NCBI GenBank assembly: GCA_963718235.1
Contig: CAVQYR010000001.1
Coordinates: forward strand, 992,001 to 1,056,000
Length of the DNA stretch: 64,000 nt
Direction: 5' to 3'
Origin: an uncultured Actinomycetota bacterium
Lineage (GTDB): Bacteria; Actinomycetota; Actinomycetes; JAHEKZ01
The number at the start of each line of letters is the position of its first letter. The first letter of the stretch is position 1. This document shows positions 19,888 through 28,785 of the stretch, in pieces. The notes under the pieces were generated by a model. That model saw nothing but the letters and a program-made list of their open reading frames with translations, made no database searches and had not been told where the DNA came from. The translations under genes and the position numbers were made by a program.

Positions 19888-20298
19888 ATGGGAGACGGGC
19901 TGACCGTCCGGATCACCGCTCCGTACGACCAGGTGGTCCCTCGGGTCCGGGCCGCACTGGCCGGTCAGGGATTCGGAGTGCTCACCGAGATCGATGTCTC
20001 GGCGACCATGAAGGCCAAGCTCGACGCCACCGTCGAGCCGTACCTGATCCTCGGCGCGTGCAACCCACCCCTGGCGTACGCGGCCCTGCAGGCCGACCGA
20101 CGGATCGGCGTCCTGCTGCCGTGCAACGTGGTCGTCCGAGCCGACCCCGACGACCAGACGGTGACCCTGGTCGAGGCCGTCGACCCCCAGGACATGGTCG
20201 CCATGACCGGTCGCCCCGAGCTGCAGCCGGTGGCCGACGACGCAGCCGCCCGGCTGACCGTGGCGCTCGCCGAACTCGTCACCTCCACCGACGGCTGA
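19888..20298 (+). CDS. DUF302 domain protein
   Basis: QGFGVLTEIDV..KAKL, YLILGACNPPLA and IGVLLPCNVVVR motifs. Confidence 0.92.
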   Translation: MGDGLTVRITAPYDQVVPRVRAALAGQGFGVLTEIDVSATMKAKLDATVEPYLILGACNPPLAYAALQADRRIGVLLPCNVVVRADPDDQTVTLVEAVDPQDMVAMTGRPELQPVADDAAARLTVALAELVTSTDG

Positions 20299-20337
20299 AC
20301 GGTTCCCGCTGCGGGCCGGGTACGGAATCATGGAGCC

Positions 20338-20913
20338 GTGACCGAGCTCTCCCTCACCGGCCGGCTGCTCGTGGCGTCACCCTTGCTGGGTGACCCCAAC
20401 TTCGAGCGGTCGGTCGTGCTGCTGGTCGACCACGACGAGGAGGGCGCCCTGGGCGTGGTGCTGAACCGGCCCACCGGCCTGGAGGTGGTGGCCGTGGTCC
20501 CGGCCTGGGGTGACTACACGACCGGCCCGGCCCTGGTCTTCAAGGGCGGGCCCGTGGGCGAGGACTCCGCGCTCGCCCTGGGTGCCCTGGCCGGGGCAGG
20601 GGCCCGAGCTGACGCCGAGGAGCCCGACGGCTTCCGGCGGGTGTTCGGCAGCCTCGGGCTGGTCGATCTGGACGCCGAGCCGGCCGTCCTCGCCGGTGAG
20701 CTGCGCGCGGTGCGGGTCTTTGCCGGCTACGCCGGGTGGGGCCCAGGTCAGCTGGAGGACGAGCTCGCCGACGACGCCTGGTTCGTGGTCGAGTCGCTGC
20801 CCGGGGACCCTTTCGTCGACGACCCGGACCGGCTGTGGCGCGACGTCCTGCGCCGCCAGGGCGGTGAGCTCGCGATGGTCGCGACCTACCCCGAGGACCC
20901 CTCGCTCAACTGA
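20338..20913 (+). CDS. YqgE/AlgH family protein (UPF0301)
   Basis: LLVASP..DPNFERSVVLL, GVVLNRP, GGPV and FAGYAGWGPGQLEDE motifs. Confidence 0.93.
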   Translation: MTELSLTGRLLVASPLLGDPNFERSVVLLVDHDEEGALGVVLNRPTGLEVVAVVPAWGDYTTGPALVFKGGPVGEDSALALGALAGAGARADAEEPDGFRRVFGSLGLVDLDAEPAVLAGELRAVRVFAGYAGWGPGQLEDELADDAWFVVESLPGDPFVDDPDRLWRDVLRRQGGELAMVATYPEDPSLN

Positions 20914-20956
20914 GCACCCTGTCGTCATCCGCGCCGTCCGCCTACACTCGGCGGCC

Positions 20957-21259
20957 ATGACGAGCGAACCAGGACTCCCGGGTCTGCCTCAGGCCGAGCC
21001 CGTGGGTGGCGCGGGCACGCTGATCGAGGAGCGGGTCGAGCCGACCGACGCCGGTGACCACGAGCGCTTCTCGCACTACGTGCAGAAGGACAAGATCGTG
21101 GAGAGCGCAGTGACCGGGGCACCGGTGATCGCGCTGTGCGGCAAGGTATGGGTGCCGAACCGCGATCCCCAGAAGTTCCCGGTGTGCCCGGAGTGCCTGG
21201 AGATCTTCGAGGGCCTCCCGACGGGCGGTACCGGCAAGGGTGGCCCGGCCGGCGAGTAG
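20957..21259 (+). CDS. DUF3039 domain protein
   Basis: GDHERFSHYV..ESAVTG.PVIALCGKVWVP..FPVCPEC. Confidence 0.9.
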   Translation: MTSEPGLPGLPQAEPVGGAGTLIEERVEPTDAGDHERFSHYVQKDKIVESAVTGAPVIALCGKVWVPNRDPQKFPVCPECLEIFEGLPTGGTGKGGPAGE

Positions 21260-21291
21260 GCCGACCAGACGAGGTCACCTACCCTGGGCCG

Positions 21292-22680
21292 GTGACCACC
21301 CCCGACCAGGACGTGAGCGCCGGGTCGGACAGCATCTTCGGACCCTCCTACCGCGCCCTCACCTTCGGCATCATCGCGGTCATCACGGTCGCGGCCTTCG
21401 AGGGCATGGCGGTGATCACCGCGATGCCGGTCGTGGTGGCCGACCTCGACGGTCTGGTCTGGTATGCGTGGACGTTCACCGCGTTCGTCGCCCCCAGCCT
21501 CTACGCGATGGTGGTGGCGGGAGAGGCGGCCGACCGCCGCGGACCGTTGCGCCCGCTGCTGCTCGGCCTCGGCCTGTTCGGCCTGGGCACCCTGGTCGCG
21601 GGGCTGGCCAACGGGATCCCCGTGCTGCTCCTGGGCCGCGCCGTCCAGGGCCTCGGCTTCGGCGCGGTGATCGTCGCCCTCTACGTGGTCATCGGCAAGG
21701 TCTACCCCGAGGACATGCGGCCGCGGATCTTCACCGCCATGTCGGGTGCCTGGGTACTGCCCGGCATCCTCGGGCCGGTCGTGGCCGGGACCATCGCCGA
21801 CACCGTGGGATGGCGTTGGGTCTTCCTCGGTGTCCTCGTCCTGCTCGTACCGATCACCGCCGTGCTCGTCCCGAGCATGCTGGGCCTGGACCTGCCCGGC
21901 GACCCGGCGGCGAGGCCGGTGGGAGGGCGTAAACGTCGGGCCCTGATGGCGGCGCTCGGGGTCGGCCTGCTCCAGCTGGCGGGGCAGCTGCTCGACGGCA
22001 CGAGCGTGCTCCTCGTCGTCCCGGCCCTGCTGCTGCTCGGCCTCAGCGTGCCGCACCTGCTGCCCCAGGGAGCGCTGCGGCTGCGACGGGGTCTCCCCAC
22101 CGTGGTCATGATGCGCGGCTTCCTGGCCGGGGCGTTCTTCGGTGCCGAGGCCTTCGTCCCGCTGCTGCTGATCAACGAGCGGGACCTGTCCACGGCCACC
22201 GCCGGCGCGGCGCTCACCGGGGGCGCCTTGGGCTGGTTCGTGGGCTCCTGGTACCAGGGTCGGCCGTCGGTCGAGGCGCCCCGCTGGCGTCTGGTCCAGG
22301 TCGGGTCCGCGTTGGTGACGTTCGGGATCCTGACGTCGACCCTGGTGCTGATTCCCACGGTTCCGGCGATGCTGGTGATGGTCACCTGGACCGCGGGGGC
22401 GGTGGGCATGGGGCTGCTCTACGGGTCCTTGGGGGTCCTGCTGCTGCAGCTGTCCCCTCCGGAGGAGCAGGGCGTCAACTCCGCGGCCCTGCAGATCGCG
22501 GACAGCCTCGGCGTCGTGGCCTGCACGGGGCTGGCCGGGGTGATCTTCGCCGCAGGGCACACGGTGGCGGGCAACGACGCCGACGTCTTCGCCGTGATCT
22601 TCGCCCTGATGGCGGTCGTCGCCGGGGGCGCCACGCTCGTGGCGCCGAGGGTGCGGCCGAACACCGTTGCCGTTGTCTAG
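21292..22680 (+). CDS. MFS transporter (14-TM drug:H+ antiporter-like)
   Basis: AFEGMAVITAMP, ADRRGP, LLGRAVQGLG and GWRWVF motifs. Confidence 0.88.
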   Translation: MTTPDQDVSAGSDSIFGPSYRALTFGIIAVITVAAFEGMAVITAMPVVVADLDGLVWYAWTFTAFVAPSLYAMVVAGEAADRRGPLRPLLLGLGLFGLGTLVAGLANGIPVLLLGRAVQGLGFGAVIVALYVVIGKVYPEDMRPRIFTAMSGAWVLPGILGPVVAGTIADTVGWRWVFLGVLVLLVPITAVLVPSMLGLDLPGDPAARPVGGRKRRALMAALGVGLLQLAGQLLDGTSVLLVVPALLLLGLSVPHLLPQGALRLRRGLPTVVMMRGFLAGAFFGAEAFVPLLLINERDLSTATAGAALTGGALGWFVGSWYQGRPSVEAPRWRLVQVGSALVTFGILTSTLVLIPTVPAMLVMVTWTAGAVGMGLLYGSLGVLLLQLSPPEEQGVNSAALQIADSLGVVACTGLAGVIFAAGHTVAGNDADVFAVIFALMAVVAGGATLVAPRVRPNTVAVV

Positions 22681-22692
22681 AGTCCTGCCCTT

Positions 22693-24381
22693 GTGACCGG
22701 TGCGTTGAGGGCCTGGCAGCACCGCGCTGTCGACGAGTGGCTGAGCACCCGACCGCGGGACTACCTCGCGGTGGCGACCCCGGGTGCCGGCAAGACGACC
22801 TTCGCCCTGCGGATCGCGGCCGCCCTCGTCGAGCGGCGGGTCGTGCAGTCGATCACCGTGGTCGCACCGACTGACCACCTCAAGCGGCAGTGGGCCGACG
22901 CCGCACACCGGGAGGGCCTGCGCCTCGACCCGGGGTTCCGCAACGCCCAGGGTCGGGCCGGCAGCGACTACCACGGCGTGGTCGTCACCTACGCCCAGGT
23001 CGCCGCGCACCCGATGCTCCACCGTCGCCGCACCGAGAACCGCAAGTCGCTGGTGATCCTCGACGAGGTCCACCATGCAGGCGACGCGCTGTCCTGGGGC
23101 GATGCGGTGCGTGAGGCGTTCGAACCGGCTGCCCACCGGGTGTGCCTGACCGGCACGCCGTTTCGCTCCGACGTCAACGCCATCCCCTTCGTGTCCTACG
23201 AGCGCGACGGCGAGGGGCTCCCGCGCAGCCGGGCCGACCACAGCTACGGGTACCCCGAGGCGTTGCGCGACGGCGTCGTGCGACCGGTGCTCTTCCTGGC
23301 GTACTCCGGGCAGATGCGCTGGCGCACCCGCGCCGGCGACGAGGTCGAGGCCCAGCTGGGTGAGCCGCTGACCGTGGAGCAGAACGCCCATTCGCTGCGG
23401 ACCGCGCTGGACCCCCAGGGTGAGTGGATCCCCTCGGTGCTCGCGGCCGCTGACACTCGGCTCACCGAGGTGCGGAGGGGGATGCCCGACGCGGCCGGTC
23501 TGGTCATTGCCGCCGACCACGAGCATGCCCGCGCGTACGCGGCGCTGCTGCGCCGGGTCAGCGGTGAGGCTCCGGTCGTGGTCCTGAGCGACGACCCCCG
23601 CGCCAGCCGGAAGATCGGCGACTTCGCCGGGTCGAAGGCACGCTGGATGGTGGCGGTGCGGATGGTGAGCGAGGGCGTCGACGTGCCACGCCTCGCGGTC
23701 GGCGTGTACGCGACGAACACCGCAACTCCGCTGTTCTTCGCCCAGGCCGTCGGAAGGTTCGTGCGGGCCCGCCGACGGGGGGAGACAGCGTCGGTGTTCG
23801 TCCCCAGCGTGCCGTCGCTGCTGCAGTACGCAGCCGAGATCGAGGAGCAGCGCGACCACGTGCTGGGTCGGCGGGTCCACGACGAGTCGGACCTGTTCGC
23901 CGCCGAGGCGGCGCTGGTCGAACAAGCGACGGCGGTCCGCTCGGAGCCGGATGCTGACGACGTCGCATTCGAGGCGCTCGGCTCGGACGCGCGCTTCGAC
24001 CGGGTGCTCTTCGATGGCGGTGAGTTCGGCCTGCATGCGGCCGCCGGGTCCGACGAGGAGCAGGACTTCCTGGGGCTGCCCGGGCTGCTGGAGCCCGACC
24101 AGGTGGCGACCCTGCTGAACCAGCGGCAGGCCGCCCAGCTTCGGACCCGGCGCCGGGCGCCCGTCCCCACCGAGAGCACCGACCGGTCCGTGGCTGCTCT
24201 GCGCAAGGAGCTCAACGGGCTCGTGGGGGCCTGGCACCACCGGACCGGCGAGGGGCACGGGGCCGTCCACGCGGCCCTGCGGGGCGCCTGCGGCGGTCCG
24301 CCGTCGGCAACCGCAACGGTTTCGCAACTCCAGCAGCGAATCGACACCCTGCGCGGCTGGGCCACCCGGTCCCGCCGGTAG
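22693..24381 (+). CDS. SF2 DEAD/DEAH-box helicase (Rv2917-like)
   Basis: LRAWQ, ATPGAGKTT, DEVHH, LTGTPFRSD, SEGVDVP and QAVGRFVR motifs. Confidence 0.9.
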   Translation: MTGALRAWQHRAVDEWLSTRPRDYLAVATPGAGKTTFALRIAAALVERRVVQSITVVAPTDHLKRQWADAAHREGLRLDPGFRNAQGRAGSDYHGVVVTYAQVAAHPMLHRRRTENRKSLVILDEVHHAGDALSWGDAVREAFEPAAHRVCLTGTPFRSDVNAIPFVSYERDGEGLPRSRADHSYGYPEALRDGVVRPVLFLAYSGQMRWRTRAGDEVEAQLGEPLTVEQNAHSLRTALDPQGEWIPSVLAAADTRLTEVRRGMPDAAGLVIAADHEHARAYAALLRRVSGEAPVVVLSDDPRASRKIGDFAGSKARWMVAVRMVSEGVDVPRLAVGVYATNTATPLFFAQAVGRFVRARRRGETASVFVPSVPSLLQYAAEIEEQRDHVLGRRVHDESDLFAAEAALVEQATAVRSEPDADDVAFEALGSDARFDRVLFDGGEFGLHAAAGSDEEQDFLGLPGLLEPDQVATLLNQRQAAQLRTRRRAPVPTESTDRSVAALRKELNGLVGAWHHRTGEGHGAVHAALRGACGGPPSATATVSQLQQRIDTLRGWATRSRR

Positions 24382-24434
24382 GCTGCGCAGGTCGACGGCC
24401 GTCGTCGGACCGGCTTTTTCGCGAAGGACCTGCC

Positions 24435-25298
24435 ATGCGCCTCATCCGCTCCGTTGCCCTCGTCGCCGCCTCGCTCGTGGCCGCGACCAGTCTGGCCGCC
24501 TGCGCCCAGGAGGAGTCGCCGTCGGCGACCTCACCCACGGCGTCGGACACTGACCTGTGTGCGGACATCACCACGGTGACCGACGGCACATTGACGGTCG
24601 GCACCTCGGACCCGGCGTTCCCGCCGTACGTCATCGACAACAAGCCGCAGAACGGCAAGGGCTTCGAGTCGGCGACCGCCTATGCGGTTGCACAGGCGAT
24701 GGGCTTCAGCTCCGACCAGGTGGAGTGGACCTTCGCGCCGTTCGCCAAGCTGTTCGCACCTGGTGACAAGGACTACGACTTCGCTCTGAACCAGATCTCG
24801 ATCACGCCTGCCCGCGAGCGGGCGGTGACCTTCAGCGCTCCGTACTACGAGGCCGCAAACGCCGTCCTCGTGCTCAAGGACAGCCCCTACGCGGACGCCA
24901 CCACCATGGCCGAGCTCCAGGACGCCAAGATCGGGGTGCAGGCCGCGACGACAGCGCAGCTGCAGGTGGAGGCGGACATCCAGCCGACACAGGACCTCGC
25001 CGTCTACCCGAGCAGCTCCAACGCCTCGCAGGCGCTGAAGAACGGGCAGATCGATGCCTTCATCACCGACCTGCCTACGGCGATCTACCTGGCGCTGCCG
25101 TTCAACGTGGACGGAACCGTGGTCGGGCAGCTACCCAAGCAGGAGGCCGCCGACACCTGGGGACTGGTTCTGCAGAAGGAGAATCCACTCGTCGGCTGTG
25201 TCGACCAGGCGCTCGGTGAGATCACCGCCGACGGCACCCTCGAGGCCATCACGACTCAGTGGATGACCGACTTCACCAAGGCGCCAGTCCTGCAGTGA
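24435..25298 (+). CDS. Polar amino acid ABC transporter substrate-binding lipoprotein
   Basis: Lipobox LAAC; ISITPARERAVTFSAPYY and ALKNGQIDAF motifs. Confidence 0.92.
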   Translation: MRLIRSVALVAASLVAATSLAACAQEESPSATSPTASDTDLCADITTVTDGTLTVGTSDPAFPPYVIDNKPQNGKGFESATAYAVAQAMGFSSDQVEWTFAPFAKLFAPGDKDYDFALNQISITPARERAVTFSAPYYEAANAVLVLKDSPYADATTMAELQDAKIGVQAATTAQLQVEADIQPTQDLAVYPSSSNASQALKNGQIDAFITDLPTAIYLALPFNVDGTVVGQLPKQEAADTWGLVLQKENPLVGCVDQALGEITADGTLEAITTQWMTDFTKAPVLQ

Positions 25299-25332
25299 CG
25301 TCCGCTCCACCCACGGGGCTTGTGGCGAAGCG

Positions 25333-26187
25333 GTGACCACCTCGAACCGGCCGGTGATGGATCCGGCGCGTCAGGAGGCGGTCGCACGTCGGCGCCGACG
25401 CGATCTGACGATCGCATCGATCAGCACCGTCGTGTTCTTCATCGTGGTCGCCCTGGCGATCGTCAGGTCACCTGGCTGGCCAGCCGTTCAGGAGTCGTTC
25501 TTCAGCTCGGTGGACGCCACGCGCGTGTGGCCAGCGCTCGTCAAGGGGTTCCGGATCACGCTGCTGCTGTTCCTCACGGCGGAGCCCGTCATCTTGGTGC
25601 TTGCGATGCTGCTCGCCGTGCTGCGCGGGCTGCGGACGCCGATCTTCGCTCCCCTTCGGATCGTCGCGATCCTGTACACCGACCTGATCCGTGGCATCCC
25701 CACGATTCTGCTCGTGATCTTGTTCGGTTTCGGGATCCCGGCGCTCAACCTCCAGGGACTCACCGACTCCGAGCTCTTCTGGGGCTGGGTCGCCCTGGTC
25801 GTCTCGTACTCGGCCTACGTTGCGGAGGTGTTTCGAGCGGGTCTGGAGTCCGTTCACCCCAGCCAGGTTGCCGCGGCCCGCGCACTGGGACTGAGCAACG
25901 CCCAGAGCCTGCGGTACGTCGTCCTGCCGCAGGCGGTGCGCCGGGTGATCCCGCCGCTGCTCAACGACTTCATCTCGTTGCAGAAGGACACGGCACTGGT
26001 ATCGCTCCTGGGTGTGGTCGAGCTGTTGAATGCCGCCCAGATCGACCAGCAGCTGTTCTTCAACAACACCTCGCTGGTGTTCGCCGCCCTCTTCTTCATC
26101 GCGCTGACAGTGCCGTTGGCCCGTTACACCGACTGGATCTCTGCCCGTCAACGGGCCCGTCAGCAGGGCGTCGGAGGGGCACTGTGA
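25333..26187 (+). CDS. Amino acid ABC transporter permease
   Basis: YTDLIRGIP, SAYVAEVFRAGLESV..Q..AARALGL and KDTAL motifs. Confidence 0.93.
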   Translation: MTTSNRPVMDPARQEAVARRRRRDLTIASISTVVFFIVVALAIVRSPGWPAVQESFFSSVDATRVWPALVKGFRITLLLFLTAEPVILVLAMLLAVLRGLRTPIFAPLRIVAILYTDLIRGIPTILLVILFGFGIPALNLQGLTDSELFWGWVALVVSYSAYVAEVFRAGLESVHPSQVAAARALGLSNAQSLRYVVLPQAVRRVIPPLLNDFISLQKDTALVSLLGVVELLNAAQIDQQLFFNNTSLVFAALFFIALTVPLARYTDWISARQRARQQGVGGAL

Positions 26188-26945
26188 GCGAGCAGGCCAG
26201 CACACCACGACTGCGGGTCGACAACGTATTCAAGTCTTTCGGGGACAACCAGGTCCTGCGAGGGATGTCACTGGATGTCGACGACCACGAGGTGGTCGCA
26301 CTCATCGGGCCCTCCGGGTGCGGCAAGTCGACGATGCTGCGGTGCATCGACATGCTCGAGCCGATCGACTCCGGCGCTGTGCTGCTGGACGGCGTCGACG
26401 TCTCCTGGCCGGGGTACGACACCAACCAGGTGCGGCGCAGCATCGGAATCGTCTTCCAGTCGTTCAACCTGTTCCCCCACATGTCAGTGCTGGAGAACAT
26501 CACCTTGTCGCCGCGCAAGGTACTGGGTCGCAGCAAGGCCGACGCGGAGCAGCAGGCGATGACTCTGCTCGAGCGCTTCGATCTCGCAGGCAAGGCTGCT
26601 GACTACCCGGACAGCCTCTCGGGTGGCCAGCAGCAGCGCGCCGCAATCGTGCGGGCGTTGGCGATGGACCCCTCGATCATGTTGTTCGACGAGATCACCT
26701 CGGCGCTGGACCCCGAACTGGTGGGCGAGGTGCTCGACGTCATCCGCGAGCTCAAGGACGCTGGCCTGACGATGGTCATGGCGACACACGAGATGGGTTT
26801 CGCTCGAGAGATCGCCACCCGTGTGGCGTTCCTTGCCGAAGGCCAGGTCGCCGAGATCGCCCCTCCTGAGCAGCTGTTCAGTCAGCCGCAGCAGCCGCGG
26901 ACCCAGCAGTTCCTCGCCCGCGTGACTGAGGCCCGGCGCCTTTGA
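26184..26945 (+). CDS. Amino acid ABC transporter ATP-binding protein
   Basis: GPSGCGKST, LSGGQQQR, FDEITSALDPELVGEVL and THEMGFA motifs. Confidence 0.95.
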   Translation: MSEQASTPRLRVDNVFKSFGDNQVLRGMSLDVDDHEVVALIGPSGCGKSTMLRCIDMLEPIDSGAVLLDGVDVSWPGYDTNQVRRSIGIVFQSFNLFPHMSVLENITLSPRKVLGRSKADAEQQAMTLLERFDLAGKAADYPDSLSGGQQQRAAIVRALAMDPSIMLFDEITSALDPELVGEVLDVIRELKDAGLTMVMATHEMGFAREIATRVAFLAEGQVAEIAPPEQLFSQPQQPRTQQFLARVTEARRL

Positions 26946-27459
26946 CGCGTTGCCGGAGGCTGGTGGCGCCACCGGGGATGGGGCCGGCATGGCCCCGCCT
27001 GTGCTCGAACACCAGGTTGGTCTCGGTGTGCGCGACGGCCGGGTCGGTCGTGAGGTGGTCGAGCACCCAGTCGCGCAGTGCCTCCGAGGATGCGACCGCC
27101 ACGTGCAGCAGGTAGTCGTCGGCGCCGGCGACGTGGAACGTCGAGACCACCTCGGGCAGCCGCGGGACCCGTCGTCCGAAGGCCTCGATCTGGGCCCGGT
27201 CGTGGGCCCGCAGCCGGACCGCCACCACCGCCTGGAGGGGGCGACCCATTGCCGCCAGGTCGACGTCGGCGTGCCACCCGCGGATCACCCCCCGGTCGAC
27301 CAGGCCCCGGGTACGCACCAGCGCGGTCGAGGGGGCGACCCCGACGGCCTCGGCCACCTGGGCGTTGGGGGTGCGCGCGTCGTCGATCAGCAGGGCGAGG
27401 ATCTGGTCGTCGACCGGGTCGAGGTCAGGTCGAACCCGGTTCGGTGGGTGATCGGCCAC
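26878..27459 (-). CDS. Lrp/AsnC regulator (MdeR-like), divergent from the methionine gamma-lyase
   Basis: LDPVDDQILALL..DARTPNAQVAEAVGVAPST..R and FHVAGADDYLLHV. The 3' end overlaps the ABC gene, so the true stop is uncertain. Confidence 0.88.
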   Translation of the reverse strand: MADHPPNRVRPDLDPVDDQILALLIDDARTPNAQVAEAVGVAPSTALVRTRGLVDRGVIRGWHADVDLAAMGRPLQAVVAVRLRAHDRAQIEAFGRRVPRLPEVVSTFHVAGADDYLLHVAVASSEALRDWVLDHLTTDPAVAHTETNLVFEHRRGHAGPIPGGATSLRQRVKGAGPQSRGRGTAGSAAAAAD

Positions 27460-27579
27460 GATGGTGCCTCCCGCAGTTGGTTCGGACCTTGAGCATCTCG
27501 ATGCATTGTATTCGAGGTCTATGGACATTCTCCGAAGAAGTGGACGACGCTGGAGGTCTTCCTCGGTCAGGAGGCCGAC

Positions 27580-28785
27580 ATGACCCGGTTCGACACCCTT
27601 GCCGTGCACGGTGGCCGCGACGACCTGACCGCGCTCGGGGTGCATGCCGCACCGATCGACCTGTCGACCACCGCCCCGCTCGCCGACGTCGGGTCCGGCG
27701 GTGCCGCCTACGAGGCCCTGGCCGGCGGCCAGTCGTTGCCCCCCGGAGCCAGCACCGTCTACCAGCGCCTGTGGAACCCCACCGTGGCCAGGTTCGAGCA
27801 GGGCCTGGCCGTGCTCGAGGGTGCTGAGGAGGCCGTGGCCTTCGGGTCGGGCATGGCTGCGTTGACGGCCTGCCTGCTCGCCACGGTGGCATCCGGGCAC
27901 CCGCACGTCGTGGCCGTCCGACCGCTCTACGGCGGCACCGACCATATGCTCTCCAGCGGTCTGCTCGGCACCGAGGTGACCTTCGTGTCCCCGGACGGCG
28001 TGCGTGCGGCGCTTCGACCCGACACCGGACTCGTCGTCGTGGAGACCCCGGCCAACCCCACCGTCGAGCTGGTCGACCTGACCCGGCTGGTGAGGGACGC
28101 GCACGGCGTTCCGGTACTGGTCGACAACACCTTCGCGACGCCGGTACTGCAGCAGCCGCTGCGGTTCGGCGCGACGTTCGTGCTGCACAGCGCGACGAAG
28201 TTCATCGGTGGGCACGGAGACGCCCTCGGAGGCGTCGTGGCCACCGACCCCGAGCACGCCGCAGCGCTGCGGCGGGTCCGTGCGGTCACCGGAGGCGTGC
28301 TCGAACCCTTCACCGCCTACCTGCTGCACCGCGGACTGGCGACCCTGCCGCTGCGGGTCCGCGCGCAGCAGCAGTCCGCGACGACCGTGGCTGCCGCCCT
28401 GCTCGACCACCCTGCGGTGGCTGAGGTGCTGCACCCGAGCCTCCCGGGCTGCGACCCCGGGGGGTTGGTGGGCCACCAGATGTCCGGACCCGGGTCGCTG
28501 CTGTCGTTTCGACTCGTCGGCGGGTTCGACGCTGCGCGAACGGTGGCCGGCACCCTGCGACTGGTCACGCACGCGGTGTCCCTGGGCGGGGTCGACTCCC
28601 TGCTGCAGCACCCCGCAGCGCTCACCCATCGCCCGGTCGCGGCAGAGGCGCGGCCCGACGCAGCACTCCTACGGCTCTCCGTCGGCCTGGAGGCCACTGA
28701 GGACCTGGTCGACGACCTGGTCCAGGCGCTGGACCGGTCGGTGATGCAGACCTCGAGCCGGCCGTTCGAGCGTTCAGCCTCGTGA
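27580..28785 (+). CDS. Methionine gamma-lyase / cystathionine gamma-synthase family PLP enzyme (MdeA-like)
   Basis: YQRLWNPT, GSGMAA, ETPANPT, VDNTFATP, HSATKFIGGHGD and LLRLSVGLE motifs. Confidence 0.88.
   Translation: MTRFDTLAVHGGRDDLTALGVHAAPIDLSTTAPLADVGSGGAAYEALAGGQSLPPGASTVYQRLWNPTVARFEQGLAVLEGAEEAVAFGSGMAALTACLLATVASGHPHVVAVRPLYGGTDHMLSSGLLGTEVTFVSPDGVRAALRPDTGLVVVETPANPTVELVDLTRLVRDAHGVPVLVDNTFATPVLQQPLRFGATFVLHSATKFIGGHGDALGGVVATDPEHAAALRRVRAVTGGVLEPFTAYLLHRGLATLPLRVRAQQQSATTVAAALLDHPAVAEVLHPSLPGCDPGGLVGHQMSGPGSLLSFRLVGGFDAARTVAGTLRLVTHAVSLGGVDSLLQHPAALTHRPVAAEARPDAALLRLSVGLEATEDLVDDLVQALDRSVMQTSSRPFERSAS

Noticed and set aside
14297-24327. Very long antisense ORFs (e.g. 14297-17410, 21076-24327) and many overlapping alternative-frame ORFs
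   Set aside because: Shadow ORFs typical of high-GC DNA; they lie opposite or inside well-supported genes and show no family motifs.
22693-24381. SF2 helicase as an anti-phage defence system
   Set aside because: Sits in an ordinary YqgE-DUF3039-MFS context with no methylase or nuclease partner.
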